Assembly: GCA_902541175.1 (NCBI GenBank)
Contig: CACBPP010000004.1
Location: 6,661 to 70,660 of the forward strand
DNA: 64,000 nt
DNA from: an uncultured SAR86 cluster bacterium
GTDB taxonomy: Bacteria; Pseudomonadota; Gammaproteobacteria; Magnimaribacterales; D2472
Reading direction: 5' to 3'
In this document: positions 49,759 to 59,286 of the stretch, in pieces
Layout: every line of letters starts with the position of its first letter
Position numbering within the stretch: position 1 is the first letter of the stretch
Notes under the pieces: generated by a model
Seen by the model: only the letters and a program-made list of their open reading frames with translations
Told to the model about the DNA's origin: nothing
Databases searched by the model: none
Made by a program: the position numbers and the translations under genes

Positions 49759-52296
49759 ATGAAAAAATATATATTCCCATTGTTTCTATCACTATCTTTA
49801 TTTTCTCAAGAGTCAGAAAATAATACTAACGATGAGCAAGTTGAAGAAGTTGTAGTAGTTGGTACAAAAGCTAGTATTGTTTCTGCTATTGAAAAACAAA
49901 GACAATCAAATTTAATTGTTTCTGTCGTAGATTCTGATGCTTTAGGTGACTTTCCAGATACAACAGCAGCTGAAGCCATAAGAAGACTATCAGGTATTTC
50001 AGTTGAAAACGATCAAGGCGAAGGCAGATATGTAAATATAAGAGGTATATCTGGTGATCTTAATTCAATTGCAGTTAACGGTGCTCTTGTTCCTGCTCCA
50101 GAGGGAGGTAGGGCTGTTATGCTTGATGGTCTGCCAACTGAATTGCTAGATTCAATAGAAGTATACAAGACACTAACAGCAGATAAAGATGCTGACTCAA
50201 TTGGCGGAAGAATTGAGTTTAATACTAAAAGAGCTACTTCAATTGACGGAACACTTCTAAAATTTAAAGCAGACACTTCATACAATGAGCAATCTAAAAA
50301 TTCTGATAATCCAAAAATGGCGTTTACTTATGGTTCAATGATTAATGAAAATATTGGACATGTTCTTGGTTTTACATACGCATCTAAGCAGATTGTTACC
50401 TACAACAACGAAACCGGTTTTCCAGCTTGGGATACTGACGACGGAAATATCTTTCTTGATGATGATTGGGAGATGAGGTTTTATGATTTAACAAGAGAAA
50501 GAACAGGTGTTACATATGATATCGATATGATGATAGATGACGATACATCAATTTATGCAAATCTTTTATATAACAAATATGATGATGATGAATTAAGGAA
50601 TAAAGAAGAATTTGGCTCTCTTAGAACCGGTAACGTATATGCAGGCTCAAGCGAGATTAATAGAGTTAGAAGAGATGCTGAAGTTAGAAAAAGAATAGAA
50701 ACACGTGAAATAAGAACCGTGATATTGGGCGGTGAGACATTGATAAACGGCTGGTTCGCAGAAGTGCAGTTTAGTCACTCTTACGCTGAAGAAAATGATA
50801 CAGATAATGTTGATGTAACATTTAGAAGCGATAGAATTGATACTGATGATTGCGGAGGTCCTTGTGGCTCATTCTTTTATCAAGATCCTCAAAAAGTCGG
50901 TTTATCTCTCTCATCATATGCTCAAGGTGTGCTTTATGCTGATTTAAATGTTGATGCATGGGAAGAAGATTGGAGTTTAATCAAAGATACTGAAACAGCG
51001 TTTAGTATAGATATGACGAAAGATGGATTTACGTTTATGGATGTTCCAACAACAGTAAAATATGGTTTTAAATATAAGTCTAGAGAGAAAAAAGGTGATA
51101 GCAATCAAATAGAAGTTGATGATGATAATGTGCAAGCTTTACTTCAATCTGAATTTGGACCATACATAAGATCTTGGCCATTCGCCGGACAACAGTACGG
51201 TCCTCATGCTGATGAAAATCTTTTATATGCAAGAAAGGGTCAGTACACTGGTGGTCCTGATTATGATAACTTTGAAGAAGACTTTACAACAAATGAAGAT
51301 ATTACCGCGATATATTTTATGGGTACAATGGATTTTGATAAGGCAATTGTTATAGCAGGTATTAGGGTTGAAGATACTGATTTCGATACTCTTGGATATA
51401 ATGATGGTGATGTAGATGATGTGTTAACAGCATCAAAGAGTTACACGTTTGTCTCGCCAAGTTTAAATGTTAAATATTTCTTAGATGATCAAACTATCAT
51501 TAGAGGTGCAATATGGAGAGCATTATCTAGACCGGGTTTTGGTCAAGCAAACTTGATAGCAGATATAAGAGAAAGAGATGATGGTAATTATCGAGGTGAG
51601 ATGGGTAACCCAGATCTTGACCCGTATGAAGCAACTAATTTTGATTTATCAATTGAATATTACGGTGATGGCTCTTTCGCATCATTTGGATATTTTAAGA
51701 AAGAAATCGAAAATGCAATTTATCCACTTGCAGTGGCTAATACAACAGTAAATGGTTTGCTTTTTGACGAATTATTGACATTTGTAAATACAGATGACTC
51801 TGATGTTGATGGTTTTGAATTAAATATATTTCAAGAGCTAAATATGCTGCCAGAACCCTTTGATGGCCTGTTTGTTTCAATGAACTTTACTACTACTGAT
51901 GGAACTTCGTCATTAGATGTAGATAATGGAACTGTAACATTTCCATTCAGAAAATTATCAGAAGATGTTTCTAATATCTCTATAGGTTACGATAAAAATA
52001 AATTTGATATAAGGCTATCGTCTGTTTCAAGATCGCCTTATTTAGATTACCTTGCAGATGATGATAGCGAAACCATTCAAGAGGATTTAGATAATAATAA
52101 TATTAGGTATACAGATGATCACACTCAAATTGATTTTAATCTTAAATATAAAATTAATGACAATCTAAGTCTTAAATTTGATATCAATAACATAACTGAT
52201 GAACCAGAGTTTTACTATTGGGGAACTCCAAACAGATTATCTCAATATGACGAGTATGGAACAACATATTCAATTGGCATAAGATATAATTTATAA
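49759..52296 (+). CDS. TonB-dependent receptor (phytase-associated type)
   Basis: EEVVVVG, DALGDFPDTTAAEAIRRLSGISVENDQGEGRYV, GNPDLDPY, C-terminal RYNL. Confidence 0.95.
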   Translation: MKKYIFPLFLSLSLFSQESENNTNDEQVEEVVVVGTKASIVSAIEKQRQSNLIVSVVDSDALGDFPDTTAAEAIRRLSGISVENDQGEGRYVNIRGISGDLNSIAVNGALVPAPEGGRAVMLDGLPTELLDSIEVYKTLTADKDADSIGGRIEFNTKRATSIDGTLLKFKADTSYNEQSKNSDNPKMAFTYGSMINENIGHVLGFTYASKQIVTYNNETGFPAWDTDDGNIFLDDDWEMRFYDLTRERTGVTYDIDMMIDDDTSIYANLLYNKYDDDELRNKEEFGSLRTGNVYAGSSEINRVRRDAEVRKRIETREIRTVILGGETLINGWFAEVQFSHSYAEENDTDNVDVTFRSDRIDTDDCGGPCGSFFYQDPQKVGLSLSSYAQGVLYADLNVDAWEEDWSLIKDTETAFSIDMTKDGFTFMDVPTTVKYGFKYKSREKKGDSNQIEVDDDNVQALLQSEFGPYIRSWPFAGQQYGPHADENLLYARKGQYTGGPDYDNFEEDFTTNEDITAIYFMGTMDFDKAIVIAGIRVEDTDFDTLGYNDGDVDDVLTASKSYTFVSPSLNVKYFLDDQTIIRGAIWRALSRPGFGQANLIADIRERDDGNYRGEMGNPDLDPYEATNFDLSIEYYGDGSFASFGYFKKEIENAIYPLAVANTTVNGLLFDELLTFVNTDDSDVDGFELNIFQELNMLPEPFDGLFVSMNFTTTDGTSSLDVDNGTVTFPFRKLSEDVSNISIGYDKNKFDIRLSSVSRSPYLDYLADDDSETIQEDLDNNNIRYTDDHTQIDFNLKYKINDNLSLKFDINNITDEPEFYYWGTPNRLSQYDEYGTTYSIGIRYNL

Positions 52297-52313
52297 TTCA
52301 AATAAATTTAAAT

Positions 52314-52345
52314 AATAAGGCAAGTCTTTAACTTGCCTTATTTTT
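52314..52345 (+). terminator. Terminator / stabilising hairpin
   Basis: AATAAGGCAAGT-CTTTA-ACTTGCCTTATT followed by T residues. Confidence 0.75.
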
Positions 52346-52352
52346 ATAAGAA

Positions 52353-53438
52353 ATGAAATACTTATTAACAACATTATTTATATATTCGCTTTCTGTAGTA
52401 TCTGATCCTATAGATAAAATTATTCATATAGTTCCTGCAATCGACGAGACTCCTCAAGTAATCTCAAAAGGAGATGCTGCAGATGATCCTGCCATTTGGC
52501 TAAATAAATTAAATCCAGATAGATCACTAGTATTTGGAACAGATAAGAGAAGTGGCATATATACATATAACTTAAAGGCCGAAAAAATAGGCTACACAGA
52601 AATTGGAGATATCAATAATATTGATGTTAGAACAATGAATGTTACTGATGATGATAACAAAGACATAGGTAGTTATTCATTTATCTTTGCATCAAATAGA
52701 ACTTCAAACACACTTGATATTTGGGTATATAAAGACACTAATATTGATAAGGCTATAAAGGATAATAATTTTGAAATTTCAAAAGAGCCATACATAAATG
52801 CTAAAGCAAACATGGTAGTTTATGGAGTTTGTGCAGGCATTGATTCAAGATTTGGATTAATAGCATTTCTAACAGAAGATGAGGGATCAAAGGTACAGAT
52901 GTGGAATTATGGTCCCTTTGGAATGACTCTTTTAACAACATTTAATAATGGAAATGCAACTCAATCTGAGGGATGTGTTTACGACGATGAAAATAGAACT
53001 CTTTTTATATCTGAAGAACAAGATAGAGGTATTTTAAGAGCCTATAAAATAAATAACGAGTTAGATTTTTCAAGTCCTATTATTATTGATAATAGATCTG
53101 GAAATATAGATGATGATCCTGAAGGTGTAACAGTTTATAAGTCTTCTGAAAAAGATGGCTATGTTATCGTTTCATCTCAAGGTGATAGTTCTTTTAATAT
53201 TTATAATCGACAAGAGCCTTATAACTACCTAGGCAGTTTTAAAGTTGGTAGTAACAAGGACATTGATAATGTTAATGACACTGATGGTATTGACGTTATT
53301 AATTTCAATTTTGGTAATAAATATCCTATGGGTTTATTTGTGCTGCAGGATGGAACAAATGATGGTAAAAATAAGGTTAAGAGACAGAATTTTAAATATG
53401 TTTCTTTTGCTGATGTTCTAGAAAAATTAGATCTTTAG
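52353..53438 (+). CDS. phy: Beta-propeller 3-phytase
   Basis: GDAADDPAIW, GTDK, NNIDVR, QSEGCVYD, DPEGV, SSQG, TDGID, QDG, QNFK. Confidence 0.93.
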   Translation: MKYLLTTLFIYSLSVVSDPIDKIIHIVPAIDETPQVISKGDAADDPAIWLNKLNPDRSLVFGTDKRSGIYTYNLKAEKIGYTEIGDINNIDVRTMNVTDDDNKDIGSYSFIFASNRTSNTLDIWVYKDTNIDKAIKDNNFEISKEPYINAKANMVVYGVCAGIDSRFGLIAFLTEDEGSKVQMWNYGPFGMTLLTTFNNGNATQSEGCVYDDENRTLFISEEQDRGILRAYKINNELDFSSPIIIDNRSGNIDDDPEGVTVYKSSEKDGYVIVSSQGDSSFNIYNRQEPYNYLGSFKVGSNKDIDNVNDTDGIDVINFNFGNKYPMGLFVLQDGTNDGKNKVKRQNFKYVSFADVLEKLDL

Positions 53439-54548
53439 TTTCTTTATAAATTCTATAATATCCTTAGAAAGTGACTCAGGTTGCTCTAAGGCTGCAAAAT
53501 GTCCGCCTTTGTGAGTATTCCATTGAACTACATTATAGATTTCTTCAGCCCATGCTCTTGGAGGTGCAATTAAGTCTCTTTCAAAAACTGCGCCTGCCAT
53601 AGGTTGCTTAATGTTCTCAAAAGAAAATCCTAAGTCTCCATTTTCTTTATATAACCTTGTTGATGAAGTTATTGATTCACTAAACCAATACAAAGATATT
53701 ATTGCCAAAACATCATCATCAGAGACAACTAGTTTATTCTCTTCACCATCAAACCATCCATAAAACTTCTCTACAATCCATGCAGCAAGTCCAACAGGAG
53801 AATCATTTAAGCCATAACCAAGTGTTTGTGGTTTTGTTTTTTGTATCTCATAGTACCCAACTCCTTGTTCTTTATATTTTTCATAATTTGCCATTAATTT
53901 TTGTTCTTCTTGTGAGGTATTTTCTAATGGATCTTTATCAGCAGGTGGCCAAGCAATAATCATATTAAGATGAATGCCAATACAATGATCTGGATAAAGT
54001 TCAGCCATCCATTTGCTTATGGTAGCTCCCCAGTCACCACCTTGAACAATATATTTATCATATCCAAGAGCTATTAGAAGCTCATGTTGCAAAATAGCAA
54101 TCTGTTTGGAATCCATACCAACTTCTTTTGGTTTATCAGAAAATCCAAACCCTGGGAGAGAAGGGCAAATAATATCAATTGGAATATCAGAGTTTTTTTG
54201 AATGATTGGTATTATTTTTAAAAATTCCTGGATGCTTCCAGGCCATCCATGAGTCATTACTAATGGAATAGCATTATCATTGTTTGACTTTGAATGAAGG
54301 AAATGAAGTTTAAGTCTGGACTTGGTTGTATATCTGTAGCTACCAATGTCATTAATCTTTTTTTCATGATCTCGCCAATTAAATTCATTTCGCCAATAGT
54401 TTGTTAGTTCTTTTAAGAAATTAAGATCCGTTCCATGAGACCATCTATGATTTATTTCATCAGGCCATCTTGTTAGATCTATTTTTTTATTTAGTAAATC
54501 AATATCTTTTTCAGATACTTTAACTATAAATTCTTCTATATTTTTCAT
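53427..54548 (-). CDS. Epoxide hydrolase (microsomal-type, EHN domain)
   Basis: TRWPDE, HGWPGS, PSLPGFGFS, QGGDWGA, GGHFAALEQP. Confidence 0.93.
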   Translation of the reverse strand: MKNIEEFIVKVSEKDIDLLNKKIDLTRWPDEINHRWSHGTDLNFLKELTNYWRNEFNWRDHEKKINDIGSYRYTTKSRLKLHFLHSKSNNDNAIPLVMTHGWPGSIQEFLKIIPIIQKNSDIPIDIICPSLPGFGFSDKPKEVGMDSKQIAILQHELLIALGYDKYIVQGGDWGATISKWMAELYPDHCIGIHLNMIIAWPPADKDPLENTSQEEQKLMANYEKYKEQGVGYYEIQKTKPQTLGYGLNDSPVGLAAWIVEKFYGWFDGEENKLVVSDDDVLAIISLYWFSESITSSTRLYKENGDLGFSFENIKQPMAGAVFERDLIAPPRAWAEEIYNVVQWNTHKGGHFAALEQPESLSKDIIEFIKKLKI

Positions 54549-54619
54549 AAGCAATTATTTAGTTTAATTTATATCACACCTTAAATATATTGAAGTAAAA
54601 TATCTTTTTTTAGGTAGAT

Positions 54620-55123
54620 ATGTTTGAGAATATAGAGTCTTTTCTTAGTAATAATAATGAATTAGCTTGGATTGCTATATTCATGTTTGCTTTTATGGAA
54701 TCGTTTATCTTATCTGGCATTATTGTTTCAAGTGCTATTTTGTTTTCAGTATGCATTTTTGTTTTCAATATGGAGTTATTACCTTTATACACAATTGTAA
54801 TGGTTGCAATGCTTGGCGCTCATTTGGGTGATGTTTCAGGCTTCTTTTTTGGGAAAACTGTTGGTCCAAGCTTGTTAGCAACTAAATTTATTTCTAAAAG
54901 AGAAAAGACAATAAAAAGAGCTCAAAAATTTTTGGATAAAACAGGACAATACACTGTAATTTTCGGTAGATTTGTTCCTGCCATAAGACCGATTGTTCCT
55001 TTTTTGCTTGGTATTTCTGATCTAAAAGCTGTAAGATTTTATATTGCTGATGTCGTCGCATGTACATGTTGGGGAATTGCCTTAGCATTACTGGTAACAG
55101 GAGTCGGATCTTTAATAGGATAA
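54620..55123 (+). CDS. DedA-family membrane protein
   Basis: FMESFILSG, LGDVSGFFFGK, FGRFVPAIRP. Confidence 0.88.
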   Translation: MFENIESFLSNNNELAWIAIFMFAFMESFILSGIIVSSAILFSVCIFVFNMELLPLYTIVMVAMLGAHLGDVSGFFFGKTVGPSLLATKFISKREKTIKRAQKFLDKTGQYTVIFGRFVPAIRPIVPFLLGISDLKAVRFYIADVVACTCWGIALALLVTGVGSLIG

Positions 55124-55127
55124 AAAT

Positions 55128-55316
55128 ATGTTAAGTATGTTTATATTAGTAGTTAGTTCAATAGCAGTTTTATTTTTGTTATTTCAATTAATCAAAGCAA
55201 GCAGACAAGGTAGATTTCTTCAGACCTTAAGAGATCTCTTAATTATACTTTTAGCTATTTTGATGACGGCAGCAATTTTTTATATTGGATTTAGATTCTT
55301 CAGAACCTTTATTTAG
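55128..55316 (+). CDS. Small membrane protein
   Basis: SD AGGA, two hydrophobic segments, fits between dedA and HIT. Confidence 0.6.
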   Translation: MLSMFILVVSSIAVLFLLFQLIKASRQGRFLQTLRDLLIILLAILMTAAIFYIGFRFFRTFI

Positions 55317-55317
55317 A

Positions 55318-55659
55318 ATGTCATTAACTTTATTTGAAAAAATTATTAATAAAGAAATACCTGCTGAAATTATTTATGAAGATGACGTTTCTATTGTTAT
55401 CGAAGATATCAATCCACAAGCGCCCACACACTTACTGATTATTCCAAAAAAAGTAATTCCTAAATTGTCTGATGCATCAAATGAGGATCAAGAAATATTA
55501 GGTCACTTAATGCTTGTAGCTGGGAAAATTGCAGATCAGCTTGGTTTAGATGAAACTTTTAGATTAGTTGTTAATAACGGCGCAAAAGCTGGGCAAAGTG
55601 TTTTTCATCTTCATCTTCACCTTATTTCAGGAAGGCCTCTTAATTGGCCTCCAGGCTAA
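55318..55659 (+). CDS. hinT: HIT-family nucleotide-binding protein
   Basis: TLFEKII, DINPQAPTH, GQSVFHLHLHL; start reassigned to ATG 55318. Confidence 0.93.
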   Translation: MSLTLFEKIINKEIPAEIIYEDDVSIVIEDINPQAPTHLLIIPKKVIPKLSDASNEDQEILGHLMLVAGKIADQLGLDETFRLVVNNGAKAGQSVFHLHLHLISGRPLNWPPG

Positions 55660-55754
55660 AAATAAATATAAGCGCCTAGACCTAATAAAAAAACAATAAT
55701 TCCTATTCCTATAGCAAAATAAGAACCATACTTTAAAGTTGAACTGTCATCCAT
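55656..55754 (-). CDS. Small membrane protein, 32 aa (not in ORF track)
   Basis: SD AAGGGGA followed by ATG; MDDSSTLKYGSYFAIGIGIIVFLLGLGAYIYF. Confidence 0.6.
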   Translation of the reverse strand: MDDSSTLKYGSYFAIGIGIIVFLLGLGAYIYF

Positions 55755-55847
55755 AATAAATCCCCTTAAAAAAAATATATCAAAAATTAATTCTTTTTCA
55801 AACGATTTTTTAAGATAAAATGGTCTAAAATTCATAACTATTAAATC

Positions 55848-57095
55848 TTGAGTAAATCAAAACTATCTAGAGAAATAAAAGCTTGGATATCTTATGATCT
55901 AGGTAACTCAGCTTTTGCAACTACTGTTTTAGCAGCGTTTTTTCCTATCTTTTACAATCAATATTGGGCGTCTACATTAGACTCTACTTTATCAGCAGAG
56001 TATCTAAGTTGGACTCTAGTAATTTCAAATCTTACTTTATTATTCACCGCACCTCTCATAGGAGCTATAACCGATATAAGTAAGTCTACTAAATTGATGT
56101 TTATATCAATGGTTTCAATATCCATTATTTGCGTTGGTTTATTATATTTTTTACAAGTTGGATCCTGGTTATATGCTTTAGTATTTTTTGGTATTGCTAA
56201 CTATTTCTTTTCTGCATCAAATGTTCTGTATGACAAAATTTTAGTTCAAATAGCATCTCCTGATTTATTTTCAAAGATTTCAGGTTACGGGTATGCCTGG
56301 GGATATTTTGGAGGAGGGTTGCTTTTTCTTGTAAATGCTTTGATGAGCCTTTATCCAGAAATGTTTGGATTGAGCTCTCAAGCTGATGCAATAAGATGGT
56401 CATTTATTACAGTATCTGTCTGGTGGACAATATTCCTATTACCTCTATCAATTACATACAAAGAAAGAGTTGTTAATTCATCACAAAGGGTACTTAAGGA
56501 TTCTTTTAGAAATTTTGTTAATACTCTTAAATCTGTATCAGAGTATAGAAATGCATTCATATTTTTGATCGCTTTTTTTCTATTTATAGATGGCGTTCAT
56601 ACTGTTATAGCACTTGCTTCAACCTTTGCTATAAATCTAGGTCTTGATACAAGCTCAATTATTATTGCTTTAATTTTAGTTCAATTTGTAGCATTCCCCT
56701 CAACATTGATGTGGGCATTTGTTGCAGAAAAGTACGGAGATAAATTAGTAATTAATATAACGATTATTATCTACATCATATTAATTTTGTATTCATTTAA
56801 TTTATCTGATGGAATTGAATTTTATATTCTTGCAGGATTAATAGGTTTTATTCAAGGAGGCATTCAGGGTAGTTCTCGTAGCTTATTTGCTAAGTTAGTC
56901 CCATCTGATAAAGCAGGAGCATTTTTTGGTTTGTTTAATACCTTCGGAAAGGCTGCAGCATTTATTGGTCCAGCACTTATAGGTATTTTCTTAGCAATAT
57001 TTAAAGATACAACATTAATGCTTTTGCCTTTATTAATTTTATTTGTATTAGGCATTGTTGTTTTATATTTTGTTGATACCGATGAAGTTATTTAG
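55848..57095 (+). CDS. MFS transporter (UMF1-like)
   Basis: AWISYDLGNSAF, ISGYGYAWGYFGG, GGIQGSSRSLFA; 12 TMs. Confidence 0.88.
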   Translation: MSKSKLSREIKAWISYDLGNSAFATTVLAAFFPIFYNQYWASTLDSTLSAEYLSWTLVISNLTLLFTAPLIGAITDISKSTKLMFISMVSISIICVGLLYFLQVGSWLYALVFFGIANYFFSASNVLYDKILVQIASPDLFSKISGYGYAWGYFGGGLLFLVNALMSLYPEMFGLSSQADAIRWSFITVSVWWTIFLLPLSITYKERVVNSSQRVLKDSFRNFVNTLKSVSEYRNAFIFLIAFFLFIDGVHTVIALASTFAINLGLDTSSIIIALILVQFVAFPSTLMWAFVAEKYGDKLVINITIIIYIILILYSFNLSDGIEFYILAGLIGFIQGGIQGSSRSLFAKLVPSDKAGAFFGLFNTFGKAAAFIGPALIGIFLAIFKDTTLMLLPLLILFVLGIVVLYFVDTDEVI

Positions 57096-57267
57096 CACAA
57101 AATCAATAATTTTTTATAGCATATTAGGGGCAATAACAGCCTTTTTAATCGCTCCATTTATAAGAAGTCTTATTGATTTTAGTACTGGTATTGAGTTACT
57201 TATCACCACAGCAATAATAATACCAATGTATGCTGTCATCACAAGATTTTTAAAAAAGTATCTTTAA
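57082..57267 (+). CDS. Small membrane protein, 61 aa
   Basis: ATG overlapping the MFS 3' end; two TMs. Confidence 0.55.
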   Translation: MKLFSTKSIIFYSILGAITAFLIAPFIRSLIDFSTGIELLITTAIIIPMYAVITRFLKKYL

Positions 57268-57998
57268 GATTTTTGAAGTGTTTCAAATAAAAGTTTTGGT
57301 TTGTCAGTAATTATTCCATCAACTTTAAGATCGATCAAATAATTGAATGTTTTAACATCATTAATTGTCCAAACCATTATTTTGAGCCCTTTTGACTTTA
57401 GGTACTTAACAAATCTTTTTGTCACAATCCTTACTCCGTAATATCTAATAGGTATTTGAAGACAATCACCAGGAACGATTCCCCTAAAGATACCAAAACT
57501 CGACATAAGTGTTTTGGCAACCTCATTGGGACCCATGGATATGCATAAATGCGGATGAGTTGATCTTACATTATTTAATCTTTCGCTATTAAAACTTGCC
57601 ACACAGACTCTTTCAGAGGCGTTTGATTTTGATATAACTTCTAATGCAGGATTAACAACTTCGTCTGTTTTAAAGTCTATTTGAAATGAAGTTGAAGGAA
57701 AGGTATTTAAAGCATCGACTAATTTAGGAATTTTATGATCACCAAATATTCTCAAATCATCAATTTCTTGACTAGAGAGGCTATCAAATTTAAAAGGTAA
57801 ATCACAAATTCTTTTGAGATCATTGTCATGAAAAATATATGGGATACCATCAGAGGACACTTGCACATCAGTTTCAATGAATTTACAGCCTAAAGATATT
57901 GAGTATTCAAAAGATTCAAGCGTATTTTCTGCTGCTTCTTCAGCTCCACCTCTGTGAGCTAGCACCTCTAGACCATCATATTTTAGATAAGTTTTCAT
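57264..57998 (-). CDS. Glycerophosphodiester phosphodiesterase
   Basis: AHRGG, ENTLESF, IETDV, HD, VWTIND, VDGIITD. Confidence 0.93.
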   Translation of the reverse strand: MKTYLKYDGLEVLAHRGGAEEAAENTLESFEYSISLGCKFIETDVQVSSDGIPYIFHDNDLKRICDLPFKFDSLSSQEIDDLRIFGDHKIPKLVDALNTFPSTSFQIDFKTDEVVNPALEVISKSNASERVCVASFNSERLNNVRSTHPHLCISMGPNEVAKTLMSSFGIFRGIVPGDCLQIPIRYYGVRIVTKRFVKYLKSKGLKIMVWTINDVKTFNYLIDLKVDGIITDKPKLLFETLQKS

Positions 57999-58062
57999 TA
58001 ATCGATATTGTATACGTTAATATTGTAAAATATGTCTCTTTAATGAGAAGTTAACTATTTCA

Positions 58063-59172
58063 GTGAAAAAATTTGATTCTATAAGACCATATCATGATGA
58101 TGAAGTTCATCAAGTTTTGATTGATCTATCTAACAACAGAAGATTTTTAAAAATGTTATTTTCTACAGGTAGGTTTAATAAAATAAGATACCTACCTTTT
58201 TCAAGAAAAGTTCTTAGCCTTGTTCTTAAAAACAGAATTAAAAATATAAAAAGTGTTAGTCAGTATCAAGATGCATTTGAAGCAGTGGTCTCTGAAGTAA
58301 TAAAGAATTCAATCAAAAAATTTTCAATAACTGGTATCGAAAATTTAGATTCTAATAAAGGATATCTTTTTGTAGCAAACCATCGAGATATAACCCTTGA
58401 TTCAGCATTACTTAATTTTACATTGCATCAAAATAATTTTAAGACCACTTATAACGCAGTTGGCAATAATTTATTGAGTGAGAAGTGGGCATCAGATCTT
58501 ATGCGATTAAATAAAAGTTTTATTATTGATAGAAGTGATAAATCAAAAAGAGATATATATAAAAGTTTAAATCTTGCATCAGAATTTATCTACAACACAA
58601 TAGTTAATGAGAACGAGTCTATTTGGATTGCACAAAAACAAGGCAGATCTAAAGATGGTAATGATTACACAGATCCATCAGTGATTAAAATGATTCATTT
58701 GAACGCAAGAAAAAAATTATATGTAAATGATTATCTTAATAGTTTAAATCTTATTCCAGTTTCAATATCTTATGAAAAAGATCCTAATGATCTACTTAAA
58801 GCCAAAGAAATGTACCTAACAGACCTTAATCAAAAATACATAAAAGAAAGAAAAGAAGATATGGAAAGCATTTTTCAAGGTATTAATGGCTCAAAAGGAG
58901 ATGTGCATTTAAATATTGGTAAAGTAATGCACTTTGATTCAGATTCTTATGAAGAATGTTCTGATCAAATTACTGAAGCAATAAAGCAATCATATCAACT
59001 ACATTCAACAAATTACGCTGCTGCTTTAATACAAGGAAAACCAAATAACAATAGCAAATATTCACCAGAAGAAATTAATGAAGCAATAGAGTATCTTGAA
59101 AATAGAATGAACCTCATACCAGATGATATGAGGCCATATTTTCTTAATCAATATTCCAATTCTGTGATATAG
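58063..59172 (+). CDS. Glycerolipid acyltransferase (PlsB/PlsC superfamily)
   Basis: FDSIRPY, NHRDITLD (HX4D-type), GNNLL, WIAQKQGRSKDGND, SYEKDP. Confidence 0.85.
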   Translation: MKKFDSIRPYHDDEVHQVLIDLSNNRRFLKMLFSTGRFNKIRYLPFSRKVLSLVLKNRIKNIKSVSQYQDAFEAVVSEVIKNSIKKFSITGIENLDSNKGYLFVANHRDITLDSALLNFTLHQNNFKTTYNAVGNNLLSEKWASDLMRLNKSFIIDRSDKSKRDIYKSLNLASEFIYNTIVNENESIWIAQKQGRSKDGNDYTDPSVIKMIHLNARKKLYVNDYLNSLNLIPVSISYEKDPNDLLKAKEMYLTDLNQKYIKERKEDMESIFQGINGSKGDVHLNIGKVMHFDSDSYEECSDQITEAIKQSYQLHSTNYAAALIQGKPNNNSKYSPEEINEAIEYLENRMNLIPDDMRPYFLNQYSNSVI

Positions 59173-59189
59173 ACATTTAAAAAAAGAAT

Positions 59190-59225
59190 AAAAAAAGAGA
59201 AGAGCTACTTCCGTAACTCTTCTCT
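59190..59225 (-). terminator. Bidirectional Rho-independent terminator (amtB / acyltransferase)
   Basis: AGAGAAGAG...CTCTTCTCT flanked by A tracts. Confidence 0.8.
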
Positions 59226-59286
59226 AAAAAATTTAATATTCTGACTTAGTTATTGGGGGAGCACTATGACAGTCATCATTATTAAA

